This document shows, in pieces, positions 1-9,812 of a stretch of DNA of 64,000 bases. Made by a program: the position numbers and the translations under genes. Each line of letters opens with the position of its first letter. Positions within the stretch are counted from its first letter, which is position 1. Below the pieces are notes generated by a model. That model worked only from the letters and a program-made list of their open reading frames with translations. It had not been told where the DNA came from and made no database searches. This DNA is from an uncultured Thiotrichales bacterium (GTDB lineage: Bacteria > Pseudomonadota > Gammaproteobacteria > UWMA-0217), in the NCBI GenBank assembly GCA_964614535.1, contig CAZTOZ010000059.1:991-64990 (forward strand), written 5' to 3'.

Positions 1-611
1 GTATCCCCCCGGTTGATGCTGATATCGATGAAACTCCCCCGCTCCGGGTCGATCCCGCCCGCTTGGTCCAGATAGTAGAGAACACTGTCGGACGACAGCC
101 CCGCATACATCCCCGGCCTCGACACGAAACCCGTCACGAACACCTTCACGGGTTGCGCGGCCGCAAGGTTCACATAGCTACCGACATTCGATTTATATAC
201 CGACCGTATTTTTCGCCGCACCATCTCCGGCAACTCGGCATTGCGGACACCGAGAACCTTGATCGGGCCAACCCGCGGAACAAAGATGTTGCCTTGCGCA
301 TCGACGGTCAGTACAGCCTCGAAGTCGTAGGCCCCCCATAGCTTCAGTTCCAGGCGATCACCCACATTGATGACATAGTCAGGGTTGAACCCGGTGTAGG
401 AGTCACGCGAAAAGGCGCCACTGAAGAGGTTTTCACCAAAGACGCGTTGCCCTTCGACCTTGCCGGGGCCCTTTCTCTGCGCAGGCTCGGCCGTCAGCGT
501 CTGCTGATCGGGCTTCGATCCGGGCTCCTCGCCAGCAGAGATAGAGGCAAGGGCTACCCCGTGGAGCCATGCGGCCATCATCATCACCAAGAAATAGCGA
601 TATACCCTCAT
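1..611 (-). CDS. kpsD: Capsular polysaccharide export outer-membrane/periplasmic protein (KpsD/Wza family), truncated by window edge
   Basis: Not in ORF track; manual translation from ATG at 611: MRVYRYFLVMMMAAWLHGVALA (signal peptide)...VFGENLFSGAF...FNPDYVINVGDRLELKLWGAYDF...VDAQGNIFVPRVGPIKV, the Poly_export motif; directly downstream of kpsE. Confidence 0.88.
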   Translation of the reverse strand, partial: MRVYRYFLVMMMAAWLHGVALASISAGEEPGSKPDQQTLTAEPAQRKGPGKVEGQRVFGENLFSGAFSRDSYTGFNPDYVINVGDRLELKLWGAYDFEAVLTVDAQGNIFVPRVGPIKVLGVRNAELPEMVRRKIRSVYKSNVGSYVNLAAAQPVKVFVTGFVSRPGMYAGLSSDSVLYYLDQAGGIDPERGSFIDISINRGD

Positions 612-614
612 CCT

Positions 615-1721
615 TCAGTCCCTGTGATCCTTGACGGTTGCTATGCCCAACCGGACGATCCAGAAGAGCAACGTACTCAATGCGACAAAAGTCGCGATGT
701 TGTAGAACTTACGCGGATAGGCGGGTTCCTCGGGCAACGGGGGAGAGGCAATGAGAACCAGATGCTTGAGCTTGTGGCCTGCCTCGATACGGGCCGTCTC
801 GAACGCAGTCAATGCCGATCCATAGGTATCGGCTCGGAACTCCGCCTCCATCTTCAGCTTTTCGTATTTTGCAATCAGCGCATTGAGCTTGTCGTCATCA
901 CTGACGTCTCCACGGCCCACGAGCTTCTGATTCTCCCGTCTGATCTGTTTTTCCAACGCGCCCACTCTCGCCCGCGCGGCCACGACTTCCTGGGCATTGT
1001 CCGACAGATAGGTTTTCAGCGAGGTCAGCTTCGCCCGGGCCGCGGCCAGTTCGGCCTCCATTTTGGCGATGATTTCGCTGACCGATTTCGTGTTGACTTC
1101 GGGCGAAAACACGCCATGCCGATTCTGAAACGCCAGAATCTCTTGTGTCGCTCGCTCCAGGCCCTGGCGGGTCTCGGTCAGTTGCAGCGATGCGAAATCG
1201 ACCTGCTCCTTCGCCAACCGATAGCCTACGCCATTGATGAAGTTTTCACTCAACGTCACGATCTCCTCGACGATTTTTCTGGCCATCTCCGGCGTATAGG
1301 CCTCCGCCGACACGCTCAATACGGCGGAAACATCGTCATAGGCGACCACGATCTTTCGGTCGAGGTAACGATAGAAAGCCTCTCTGGGCGCGTCGGACCA
1401 AAGCCGCGACAGCGGATCCCATTGGCGGTCACTGTAATGGCGGCGCAGGGAAAGGGTCTCATCGAGCCGGTCGTACAGATCGGCCGATGCGATGTATTCC
1501 TTCAACATCAGTGCATCGTTGGCGGCCGCCAGGCCCGCGCCACCGAGCAACGAAGAGATACTCAAGCCACTACCCGCGTCACTCCCTGTTCGCTGGACCA
1601 CGAACTTCGCTTCACTGCGGTAGCGGTCACTGGCAATACCAAACCAGTATGCCGCGGCCACTGCCCATGACAGGATCAACACCACGACACCCACCCTAGA
1701 AAACGGTTTCCTTTGTTTCAC
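615..1721 (-). CDS. kpsE: Capsule export inner-membrane polysaccharide co-polymerase
   Basis: N-terminal TM then 'SDRYRSEAKFVV', long coiled coil, C-terminal 'PEEPAYPRK' plus TM; between kpsT and kpsD. Confidence 0.92.
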   Translation of the reverse strand: MKQRKPFSRVGVVVLILSWAVAAAYWFGIASDRYRSEAKFVVQRTGSDAGSGLSISSLLGGAGLAAANDALMLKEYIASADLYDRLDETLSLRRHYSDRQWDPLSRLWSDAPREAFYRYLDRKIVVAYDDVSAVLSVSAEAYTPEMARKIVEEIVTLSENFINGVGYRLAKEQVDFASLQLTETRQGLERATQEILAFQNRHGVFSPEVNTKSVSEIIAKMEAELAAARAKLTSLKTYLSDNAQEVVAARARVGALEKQIRRENQKLVGRGDVSDDDKLNALIAKYEKLKMEAEFRADTYGSALTAFETARIEAGHKLKHLVLIASPPLPEEPAYPRKFYNIATFVALSTLLFWIVRLGIATVKDHRD

Positions 1722-2377
1722 GCCGCCACTCCACGGTAGCGTTCGATCGCCGGCTCCAGCTCGTCATAGAAGGTGGCACCCCCCTCTTCGAGAAAGATCG
1801 CCGCGTCACAATGGGCCCTGAGCGTCTGCATATCGTGCGAAACCATGATCATCGAGGCGCGCCCCTTCAGATCCTCGAAGGCCTTACGCGCCTTGCGCTT
1901 GAACTGTTCGTCACCCACCGCCGTAACCTCATCCACCAGATAGACATCGAAATCAAAAGCAAGCGACAAGGCGAAGGCCAGGCGCGAACGCATCCCCGAA
2001 GAATAGGATTTCAGGGGCTCGTAGAAATAATCGCCGAGCTCCGAAAACGCATGGATGAATGCCAGCTTGTCCGGTAGCTCGTCTTCACTGCCATAGGCGC
2101 GACAGACGAACTTCACATTGTCCTTTCCCGACAACGAACCCTGAAATCCACCCGAGAGCGCCAATGGCCAGGAGAGCAGTTTTTCCGTACGGACTTCACC
2201 GCTGTCCGGGTAGTCGGTGCCGCCCAGAATCCTCATCAGCGTGGACTTTCCGGCACCGTTTCTACCCATCAGCGCAACATTCCGCCCTTCCGGGAACGCC
2301 AGGCTGAGATCGCGGAAGACGTAGCGCCTGCCCTGACGGGTAAGGTAACTCTTGGTGAGCCCGACGACTTCGATCAT
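1718..2377 (-). CDS. kpsT: Capsule export ABC transporter ATP-binding protein
   Basis: Start MIEVVGLTKSY (ATGA overlap with kpsM stop); Walker A GRNGAGKST, signature YSSGMRSRL, Walker B VYLVDE. Confidence 0.95.
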   Translation of the reverse strand: MIEVVGLTKSYLTRQGRRYVFRDLSLAFPEGRNVALMGRNGAGKSTLMRILGGTDYPDSGEVRTEKLLSWPLALSGGFQGSLSGKDNVKFVCRAYGSEDELPDKLAFIHAFSELGDYFYEPLKSYSSGMRSRLAFALSLAFDFDVYLVDEVTAVGDEQFKRKARKAFEDLKGRASMIMVSHDMQTLRAHCDAAIFLEEGGATFYDELEPAIERYRGVAA

Positions 2378-3165
2378 GTTGCCACCAACCGCTCTTTTTC
2401 CTGGCGATAGAGCGCCATCCCGAGGGCGATCACGGTCACCGCCAGTATCGCCACATACCCCATGCTTACATCGCTCGACAGCGAATATCCGGCGAAGAAT
2501 CCCGCCCTGATCTCCTCGATCACATGGAGCAACGGATTCCAGGTGAGGTAGGGGTGATACTCTTGGGGAATCGAGCCCAATGACCAAAAGATCCCCGACA
2601 TGAAATACAAGGGCCTCAGCAACATTGGCAAGAGCTTGCTCAGCTCGGGGTGGAGCGTGGCCGCGATACACAGGCAGATCGCAGTGCCGAACGAGAACGC
2701 GACCAATGCACCGAGTGCCGCCAACACACGAAACGGATCGACGATGGCAATCTCATGACCGATCCACACGGCACCCACGAGAATGACGGCAAACACCAAT
2801 AGCTGAATCAACACTTCGAGTATCGTGCGCGTCACGATGGTGTCCATCGGCTTGACCTGCCGGTAGCCGAAGAGCGCGGCATTCGACTTCACCGCCACCA
2901 TGCCCCGATTCAGGATGTTCGAAAAAAGCAGCCACGGCATGATGCCGGTGATAAGGAATACCGGATAGCTGATCCCCGCCATGGTGCGTTCCATAATCAC
3001 CCCAAAAATGATCACGAACACCGCCACATGGGACAGCGGCTCCAGCAAAGCCCAGAGATATCCCAGGCGGTAACTGCCGAAACGGGTCTTCAGCTCACGC
3101 ATCATCAATGCGAAGACCACCGCCTGCTGGATCTCCCAAGACGTTCTCTTGCGTCGCCCCGCCAT
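2374..3165 (-). CDS. kpsM: Capsule export ABC-2 permease
   Basis: 'VFALMMRELKTRFGSYRLGYLWALLEP' and 'WNPLLHVIE' are KpsM hallmarks; six hydrophobic segments. Confidence 0.95.
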   Translation of the reverse strand: MAGRRKRTSWEIQQAVVFALMMRELKTRFGSYRLGYLWALLEPLSHVAVFVIIFGVIMERTMAGISYPVFLITGIMPWLLFSNILNRGMVAVKSNAALFGYRQVKPMDTIVTRTILEVLIQLLVFAVILVGAVWIGHEIAIVDPFRVLAALGALVAFSFGTAICLCIAATLHPELSKLLPMLLRPLYFMSGIFWSLGSIPQEYHPYLTWNPLLHVIEEIRAGFFAGYSLSSDVSMGYVAILAVTVIALGMALYRQEKERLVAT

Positions 3166-3167
3166 GC

Positions 3168-4163
3168 TCAGTCGAAGATCTCCAGGATACCGACAACCTT
3201 GCGCTCAGCCTCACGGCTCCCGGTGACGACCAGCGCCCGGATCTTCTTCTCGCGCATGAGCTTCTCGGCCTCGGACAACAGAGAGTTGGCATCGATCGTC
3301 ACCGGGTCGAGGGTTGCAAACTCGATCACCTTCTTGCCGAGCAGTTCGTTGTCCCGAAGCATCGCGCGTCGCAGGTCGCCGTCGGTGACGATTCCCACCA
3401 ACGTATCACCATCCATCAACAGCGCCAGCCCCATACGCCCCGATGTCATCGTGAACAGGCATTCATGCACCGTCGCCTCGGGGGAGACGCAAGGGAGCTG
3501 GGTGTTCATCGCATCCCGGACGGTCGACAGCAACTGCTTGCCCAGACTGCCTCCTGGATGGTAGCGGGCAAAGTCCAGCGGCTTGAAATCACGCGCACGG
3601 ATCAATGCAACGGCCAACGCATCTCCCATGCCCATGGTAGCGATCGTCGATGTCGTCGGCGCCAGATTGTTGGGACAGACCTCTCGCTCGACCTCGATGT
3701 TCAGCACCACATCGGCGTGTCTTGCCAGGCTGGAATCACCGACACCGACCATCGATATGATTCTGTTGCCAAAACGCTTGAGGGAAGGCAACAACTGCGT
3801 GACCTCGCTGGTCTCGCCGCTATAGGAGATCAGCAACATCACATCTTCCGGGGTGATCATGCCCAAATCACCATGAAAGGCCTCGGCCGGATGGAGGAAG
3901 AAGGAGGGCGTGCCGGTCGAGGCGAAGGTGGCGGCGATCTTTTTTCCGACCAGCCCCGACTTACCCATTCCGCAGATGATGACCCGCCCCTTGCATTGCA
4001 GGATCATTGCGACGGCCGCATCGAACTCCGGCCCCAATCGGCTGGCGATGGCTTTCAGCGCATCGGACTGTGCCAACAGCGAATCCACTGCAATGGCATG
4101 AAAATCGTCGGTGTTTTTCGTAGTCTTTGCGGAGACATCGTTCTCCTGCGTTACAGCCAGCAT
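3168..4163 (-). CDS. kpsF: D-arabinose 5-phosphate isomerase, KpsF/GutQ family (SIS + 2 CBS)
   Basis: 'GRVIICGMGKSGLVGKKIAATFASTGTPSFFLHPAEAFHGDLG', 'NNLAPTTST', 'HPGGSLG', C-terminal CBS pair; start placed at ATG 4163 (ORF track extends upstream). Confidence 0.93.
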   Translation of the reverse strand: MLAVTQENDVSAKTTKNTDDFHAIAVDSLLAQSDALKAIASRLGPEFDAAVAMILQCKGRVIICGMGKSGLVGKKIAATFASTGTPSFFLHPAEAFHGDLGMITPEDVMLLISYSGETSEVTQLLPSLKRFGNRIISMVGVGDSSLARHADVVLNIEVEREVCPNNLAPTTSTIATMGMGDALAVALIRARDFKPLDFARYHPGGSLGKQLLSTVRDAMNTQLPCVSPEATVHECLFTMTSGRMGLALLMDGDTLVGIVTDGDLRRAMLRDNELLGKKVIEFATLDPVTIDANSLLSEAEKLMREKKIRALVVTGSREAERKVVGILEIFD

Positions 4164-4356
4164 GATTCCACATCCCTGTTGAGTTGTCCCTGCATCGTGC
4201 AGAGGGGGCAAAGCCTGCGTCTCGGTTCCGGCAATCGCCGGCAACCGCAACGGGAGAGAGGTGACACTTCCCGCCGGCATCCTGCCCGCCCAGCAAACGT
4301 CACTCTTCGGCACCTCCTAACGGGAGCTGACCGGCACCTCCCGGAGGCGTGTTTTC

Positions 4357-4367
4357 AGACTAGCGCC
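4357..4367 (-). promoter_or_regulatory. ops-like element (one mismatch) upstream of kps operon
   Basis: Minus strand GGCGCTAGTCT vs RfaH ops GGCGGTAGnnT, ~195 bp before kpsF start; TAGTCT could instead be a -10 box. Confidence 0.3.
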
Positions 4368-4489
4368 GCCATCCCACCACAAACCACGATCCAACCCACA
4401 CTTTCCCCGGAACCGACGAACTTCCACGCCGCTGAGCAGACCAACGTGCAACATCCAGTAACAAACGGTTCCAGTGGAGGTGACGCGCC

Positions 4490-4993
4490 ATGACCAAACA
4501 ACACATGTTCACACAGACGGCATTCACCGCTTTCCTCATACTGGTGACCATGTTCACGCCCGCATCGGCCGACAGCACCACCTCCCGTTATCTTGCGTTT
4601 CAGAGCTTTTCCCTCCACTTTCGAAATTTCGACGAGCTCAATGGCATCAACCCGACCCTGGGCCTCGAGGTCTCCCCCCGATCCGGCCTCGGCTGGCAGG
4701 CGGGAGTGTTTCAGGACAGCTTCGAGCAGCTCTCGGGGTATGCCGGTATCAACTACACCTTCGCCTCCTATGCGCGAGGCAACCTTCGGGCCCGCTTGCT
4801 CGGCGTCGCCAATCTCACCTACAAGCAGTTCCACAAGAACCAGGCACCGGAGGCGCGCCTGATCCCCCTGCCGGCCATCGAGCTGAAAACCATCCGACAG
4901 GTCTATGTGAACCTGTCGGTCGTACCGGAAATCGGAGGCAAGAAGTACCACACCAATGGCCTGATATACCTGCAGTTCAAACTCAAGCTGTAA
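4490..4993 (+). CDS. Small outer-membrane beta-barrel, PagP-like acyltransferase candidate
   Basis: Signal peptide ending ASA; alternating beta-strand pattern; C-terminal YLQFKLKL; 'LHFR...LNGINPTLGLE...AGVFQDSF' aligns by eye with PagP 'WHAR...YNERPWGGGFG...AMAFKDSW'. Confidence 0.55.
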   Translation: MTKQHMFTQTAFTAFLILVTMFTPASADSTTSRYLAFQSFSLHFRNFDELNGINPTLGLEVSPRSGLGWQAGVFQDSFEQLSGYAGINYTFASYARGNLRARLLGVANLTYKQFHKNQAPEARLIPLPAIELKTIRQVYVNLSVVPEIGGKKYHTNGLIYLQFKLKL

Positions 4994-5170
4994 CCGGCAG
5001 AGCAAGACGAGGGTTCTGCGGGCGCATGGCGGGCGGTCACGTCATCGCCGTCCTCCACGCCACTCCCAGCGAGGCCGGGCAACCGTCCCGGGGCACCGCC
5101 TCGCCCCTCCGGCGGTCAGGGCGCGGCACGCCACAGCCGGGGAGCCCGCATCCAGCCGCCACCCCCAACG

Positions 5171-5179
5171 TGATACAAT
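5171..5179 (+). promoter_or_regulatory. Extended -10 sigma70-type promoter element for gsp operon
   Basis: TGATACAAT (TGn-TACAAT) ~70 bp upstream of gspG. Confidence 0.45.
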
Positions 5180-5246
5180 TCAGCGACGATCGCGAGCGCC
5201 CCCAGTAAGCTCTCGCTTCGATATCCACAAGGAAGGAGTCCCGGTC

Positions 5247-5696
5247 TTGAAGACACGTTTCTCATCGTCATCCGCCCTGCAGAAGGGTTTTACACTGATC
5301 GAGGTCATGGTCGTCGTCGTCATCCTGTCGATTCTGGCAGCGGTGGTGGTGCCACGCATCATGGACAATCCCGACAAGGCGCGAGCGGCCAAGGCCAAAC
5401 AGGACATCCGCGCGCTGGAGGCGGCGTTGAACCTCTACAAACTGGACAACTTCCAGTACCCGACCACCGATCAGGGGCTGGAGGCGCTGGTGGAAAAACC
5501 GACGACCGAGCCCGAACCTCGCAACTGGAAGGCCGGGGGCTACATTGCCCGTCTGCCGAAAGACCCGTGGGGGGGTGACTATCAATACCTGAGCCCCGGC
5601 GAGCACGGCGAGATCGACATCTACACCCTGGGCGCGGATCAGGCGCCCGGCGGCGAAGGCCCAGCGGCCGATCTGGGGAACTGGGCGCTCGACTGA
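5247..5696 (+). CDS. gspG: Type II secretion major pseudopilin
   Basis: G|FTLIEVMVVVVIL prepilin site; 'LYKLDNFQYPTTDQGLEALV', 'LPKDPWG', 'GEIDIYTLGADQ'. Confidence 0.96.
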   Translation: MKTRFSSSSALQKGFTLIEVMVVVVILSILAAVVVPRIMDNPDKARAAKAKQDIRALEAALNLYKLDNFQYPTTDQGLEALVEKPTTEPEPRNWKAGGYIARLPKDPWGGDYQYLSPGEHGEIDIYTLGADQAPGGEGPAADLGNWALD

Positions 5697-5707
5697 CCGA
5701 CGTCCGC

Positions 5708-6232
5708 ATGCCCAAGGCATCCCACCGAAACATCCCCCGCCCCGCCATCCGCGGGCGGGGCTTCACGCTGCTCGAGATTCTCGTCGTCCTGGTCATCATC
5801 GGCATTCTCACCAGCCTGGCCATGCTGCGCATCGGCGATCGGCGCAACGACCAGGCCAACGAGGAATCCCGCCGCTTGCTCGCGCTCATCGATCTGGCAC
5901 GCCAGGAGGCCATCCTGGAGGCGCGTGAATACGGTCTCGGGCTGTGGCGGGGCCATTACCAGTTCTATGAACTGAACGAGGAGACCGCCACCTGGCAGCC
6001 GTTGACCGGCGACACCCACCTGCGCCCCCGCGCGTTGCCGGAAACGATCGATCTTTCGCTGGAGATCGACAACCAAGTGGTGATCCTCGACGCCAAACCG
6101 CCGGAAAAGCCGCAAATCCTCATCCTCTCCAGCGGCGAGACCACCGCCTTCCGCCTCACGTTGGAGAGGGAGGACGAGGAGACCGAGCCGACCCGGATCG
6201 AGCTGGACACCCTGGGCAGGCCAGTCACATGA
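5708..6232 (+). CDS. gspH: Type II secretion minor pseudopilin H
   Basis: G|FTLLEILVVLVIIG; 'ILILSSGETTAF'; follows gspG. Confidence 0.9.
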   Translation: MPKASHRNIPRPAIRGRGFTLLEILVVLVIIGILTSLAMLRIGDRRNDQANEESRRLLALIDLARQEAILEAREYGLGLWRGHYQFYELNEETATWQPLTGDTHLRPRALPETIDLSLEIDNQVVILDAKPPEKPQILILSSGETTAFRLTLEREDEETEPTRIELDTLGRPVT

Positions 6233-6609
6233 AACGTCCCGCGCGCGGCTTCTCGCTGATCGAAGTGGTCATCGCGCTGGCGGTACTGGCGATCGCGCTG
6301 TCCGCCCTGATCAACAGCGCCAGCACGGCCACGGCCAACACCATTTCGCTGCGTGACAAGACGCTGGCCCACTGGGTCGCGATGAACAAGCTGGCCGAGA
6401 TCCGCCTGGCCGGAGAGTGGCCCAAACTCGGGATCAGCAAGGGCAAGAGCAGGCTGGCCGACCGCGAATGGGAGGTGGAGAGCACCATCAGCGGCACGCC
6501 GGAGCCGGCCATCCGGCGCATCGACGTGCGGGTGCGCAAACCCGGCGATCCGAAAGAGACCAGCCTGACGCTGCTGACCGGCTTCATCAACAAACCGGTG
6601 GCGCCATGA
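6229..6609 (+). CDS. gspI: Type II secretion minor pseudopilin I
   Basis: G|FSLIEVVIALAVLA; 'LRDKTLAHWVAMNKLAE'. Confidence 0.92.
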   Translation: MKRPARGFSLIEVVIALAVLAIALSALINSASTATANTISLRDKTLAHWVAMNKLAEIRLAGEWPKLGISKGKSRLADREWEVESTISGTPEPAIRRIDVRVRKPGDPKETSLTLLTGFINKPVAP

Positions 6610-7211
6610 TGCGGCCGGGCCAGCGACATGCCGGCTTCACCCTGCTGGAGATCATCATCGCCGTCGGCATCTTCGCCGTCATATCGGCACTGGCCTACGG
6701 CGGTCTCAACACCATTTTGCGCGGCACCCAACAAACCGAGGCGGCTGCCGACGCCCTGCAGCGGCTGCAACTGGGCATGAGCATCATCCAGCAAGACCTC
6801 GCCCAGATCACCAACCGGCCGGTGCGCAACGAATACGGCGAGCGCGAGGGCGCGGTCGTCAGCCCCGGCACCTTCGGCCGGCTCATCGGCTTTACCCGAC
6901 GGGGCTGGAAGAACCCGGCCGAACGCCCCCGCTCCACCCTGCAACGGGTCGCCTACCGACTGGAGGAGAACCGGCTCATTCGCGAATACTGGCCACAACT
7001 CGATACCGCGCCGGGCAGCGAAACCATCGAGACCACACTGCTCGACGGCATCATCGAGGTTCGCTTCCGCTTTCTCGACCGACAGAAGCGGTGGCACAGC
7101 CAGTGGCCGCCGCTGGAGGCCACCCAGACGCGACTCAAGCCGCCAAAAGCGGTGGAGATCACACTGGTCACCGAGCAATGGGGAACCATCCCCCGACTGT
7201 TTCCGCTATGA
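6606..7211 (+). CDS. gspJ: Type II secretion minor pseudopilin J
   Basis: G|FTLLEIIIAVGIFA; 'GWKNPAERPRSTLQRVAYRL...REYWPQLD'. Confidence 0.93.
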   Translation: MMRPGQRHAGFTLLEIIIAVGIFAVISALAYGGLNTILRGTQQTEAAADALQRLQLGMSIIQQDLAQITNRPVRNEYGEREGAVVSPGTFGRLIGFTRRGWKNPAERPRSTLQRVAYRLEENRLIREYWPQLDTAPGSETIETTLLDGIIEVRFRFLDRQKRWHSQWPPLEATQTRLKPPKAVEITLVTEQWGTIPRLFPL

Positions 7212-8128
7212 GCCGGCATCCACGAGGCGTCGCACTGATCAGCGCCCTGCTGGTCGTGGCACTGGCCAGCACCGCGGCCGCCCGGCTGATGTCGAGCCAA
7301 TACCTCAACCTGCGCCACAGCGGCAACCTCTTCATGCGTGACCAGGCCTGGCACTATCTCGACGGGGCCGAGGCATTCGCCATGGTGCTGATCGACAAGG
7401 CCGTCCGCAATGGTCGGCTGTACGAGCTGCTGGGGCAGGAGTCCACCTTTCCGGTCGAGGGCGGCGTGCTGACCGGTCGCATCGACGACCTCCAGGGGCG
7501 CTTCAATCTCAATGGCCTGGTGGACGACCAGGGCAAAATCGCCAGTTTGCCCCAGGAGCGTCTGCAGAAGCTGCTGAACGACCTCGGCATCGACGCCGGT
7601 CTCGCCGACGCGATCATCGACTGGCTCGATGGAGACGCCACGCCCGTCTCGCAGGCCGGCGCCGAGGATGACTTCTACCTCAACCAGACCCCGGCCTACC
7701 GGGCGGCCAACACGAGAATGGAAAGCCTCAGCGAACTGATGCTGATACGCGGCTACCGCAAGCTCCCGGAGGAGAAGCGCAAGCACCTGGAGCCCCTGCT
7801 GACCACCCTGCCCGACGCCACCGCCATCAACGTCAACAGCGCCGCCGACGAACTGCTCCGGGCCATCGGTTTCAAGAGCGAGGGCATCCAGGCCATTCGC
7901 AACCGGCTCGACAAGGGGGGCGCCGGCCCGATCCAGTCACTGGACGAACTCAAGTCACTGAAACTGCTGCCTGACGAGAAGCTCGAGGGGCTGACGACGA
8001 CCACGGAGTACTTTCTTCTGACCGCTACGGCGCAAATAGGTCGCGCCCGCCTGAAGCAGTACAGTATTATTCACCGCTCGCCAAAGGGAGCCTTGCAGGT
8101 GGTCGCAAGAAGCCTCGGAACGCCATGA
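7208..8128 (+). CDS. gspK: Type II secretion minor pseudopilin K
   Basis: RG|VALISALLVVA; 'IDDLQGRFNLN', 'AIIDWLDGD', 'SLSELMLIRG', 'INVNSA'. Confidence 0.93.
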   Translation: MSRHPRGVALISALLVVALASTAAARLMSSQYLNLRHSGNLFMRDQAWHYLDGAEAFAMVLIDKAVRNGRLYELLGQESTFPVEGGVLTGRIDDLQGRFNLNGLVDDQGKIASLPQERLQKLLNDLGIDAGLADAIIDWLDGDATPVSQAGAEDDFYLNQTPAYRAANTRMESLSELMLIRGYRKLPEEKRKHLEPLLTTLPDATAINVNSAADELLRAIGFKSEGIQAIRNRLDKGGAGPIQSLDELKSLKLLPDEKLEGLTTTTEYFLLTATAQIGRARLKQYSIIHRSPKGALQVVARSLGTP

Positions 8129-9324
8129 ACCCATTTCTGATCCAACCCGCCGCCGACGACACCGACCGGGCCCACTGGCTGCCCGCCGGCGGCGAGGCGC
8201 GGCCGACGGTACGACACGGCACGCTGGAGGCCGCCGTCACCGCGGCAGGCACCCACCCGATCTGTCTGCTGGTACCGACCGAACGGGTGCTGCTGACCAC
8301 CACCGAACTGCCGATCCGCAACAAGGCCAAGCTGCGCAAGGCACTGCCCTATGCGCTGGAGGAGCAGCTCGCCAGCGACGTGGAGGAGCTTCACTTCGCA
8401 CTCCCCTCCCGCGGTACCGCGCCGGCGGTCGCCATCATCGAACGCGAATTGCTGGACCACTGGCTCGAAACCTTTCGCCAGCAGCAACGCACGCCACGCA
8501 TCGTCATGCCCGATGTGCTGGCACTGCCGTGGACGGACGACGGCTGGTCCATCGCCTGTGATGCCCATCGCGCCCTGGTGCGCACCGGCCGTTTCAGCGG
8601 CTTTGCCTGTGAGCGGGAAAACCTTGCGCTGCTGCTCGACGCGGCGCTCGACGACACCGAGGCCCCACCGGAGAACATCCATCTGTGGCAATGCGGCGAC
8701 GAACAGCCACTGGCCTACGACCGCGAGACGCCCCGCCTGCTCAGACACCGCTGCGACGGCGAACTGTTGCAACTGCTGGCCGAAAGCGTGGACTCCAACG
8801 ACACCATCAACCTGCTGCAAGGGGACTACAGCGTCCAGACCGATCTGCTCAAGACGGTCAAGCCATGGCGCTGGGCCGCCGGCCTCGCCCTGCTGCTGCT
8901 GGGCATCGGTTACGCCGGCAAGCTTATCGAGCAACGGCAACTGATCCGGCAACAGGCCGAGCTGCGGCAGCAGGCGGAACAGATCTACCGCCAGACCTTC
9001 CCCGGCGTGCGCAAGGTGGTCAATCCACGGGTGCAGATGGAACAACGCCTCAAGCAGCTGCGCGGTGGCAACGAAGCCCCCCGCGACCGCTTCCTCGACC
9101 TGCTGGCCGACGCCGGCAAGGTCATCGCCGCCGACGACAAGGCCCGGCTGGAGAGCATCCGTTATCGCAACGGGCGGCTCGACCTCAAGGTGAGCGCACC
9201 AACGCTGAGCCGGCTCGACGCGCTCAAGAACGCGCTGACCACCGCCGGCCTGGACGCCGAGCTGACCGACGCCGACGCCGCCGCCGGCAAGGCCGTGGGC
9301 AACCTGAGGATCAAGAAACGATGA
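8125..9324 (+). CDS. gspL: Type II secretion inner-membrane platform protein L
   Basis: 'ALPYALEEQLASDVEELHFA', 'PDVLALP', 'INLLQGDY', TM, 'VVNPRVQMEQRL'. Confidence 0.92.
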   Translation: MNPFLIQPAADDTDRAHWLPAGGEARPTVRHGTLEAAVTAAGTHPICLLVPTERVLLTTTELPIRNKAKLRKALPYALEEQLASDVEELHFALPSRGTAPAVAIIERELLDHWLETFRQQQRTPRIVMPDVLALPWTDDGWSIACDAHRALVRTGRFSGFACERENLALLLDAALDDTEAPPENIHLWQCGDEQPLAYDRETPRLLRHRCDGELLQLLAESVDSNDTINLLQGDYSVQTDLLKTVKPWRWAAGLALLLLGIGYAGKLIEQRQLIRQQAELRQQAEQIYRQTFPGVRKVVNPRVQMEQRLKQLRGGNEAPRDRFLDLLADAGKVIAADDKARLESIRYRNGRLDLKVSAPTLSRLDALKNALTTAGLDAELTDADAAAGKAVGNLRIKKR

Positions 9325-9812
9325 AAGCGTGGTTCGACAACCTCCAGGCCCGCGAACGGTGGATTCTGGTGGCGGCCGTGGCGCTGCTGATACCGCTGCT
9401 GCTCTATCTGCTGGTCTGGGAACCGGCGGCCAAACGGGTCGAAACCCTGCGGGCCAGCGTCAGCGCCGGGGAGAAACAGCTCGCCTGGCTGCAACAGGCG
9501 AGCGCGGAGGCACGGGCACTGCAGGCCGGCGCTGGTGGCACGGCGGCCGTCCAGGCCAATGTCTCGCTCATCAGCGCGGTGGAGCGCAGCGCCACCGAGC
9601 GCAACCTGCGCGGCCACCTCAAGCGCATCGAACCCCAGGGCAGCGACAAGATCGCCATCGACATCGACGGCGCCGCCTTCGATGACATCATCCGCTGGAT
9701 CGACGAACTGCAATCCCGTTACGGCGCCAACGTGGCGCAGTTCACCGCCGCCCGTGGCGACCAGCCCGGCCGTATCCAGGGGCGACTGGTCATGTCGAGG
9801 GGGCGGGAATGA
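9321..9812 (+). CDS. gspM: Type II secretion protein M
   Basis: Start MKAWFDNLQARERWILV, single TM, 'AFDDIIRWIDEL'; overlaps gspL stop. Confidence 0.9.
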   Translation: MKAWFDNLQARERWILVAAVALLIPLLLYLLVWEPAAKRVETLRASVSAGEKQLAWLQQASAEARALQAGAGGTAAVQANVSLISAVERSATERNLRGHLKRIEPQGSDKIAIDIDGAAFDDIIRWIDELQSRYGANVAQFTAARGDQPGRIQGRLVMSRGRE

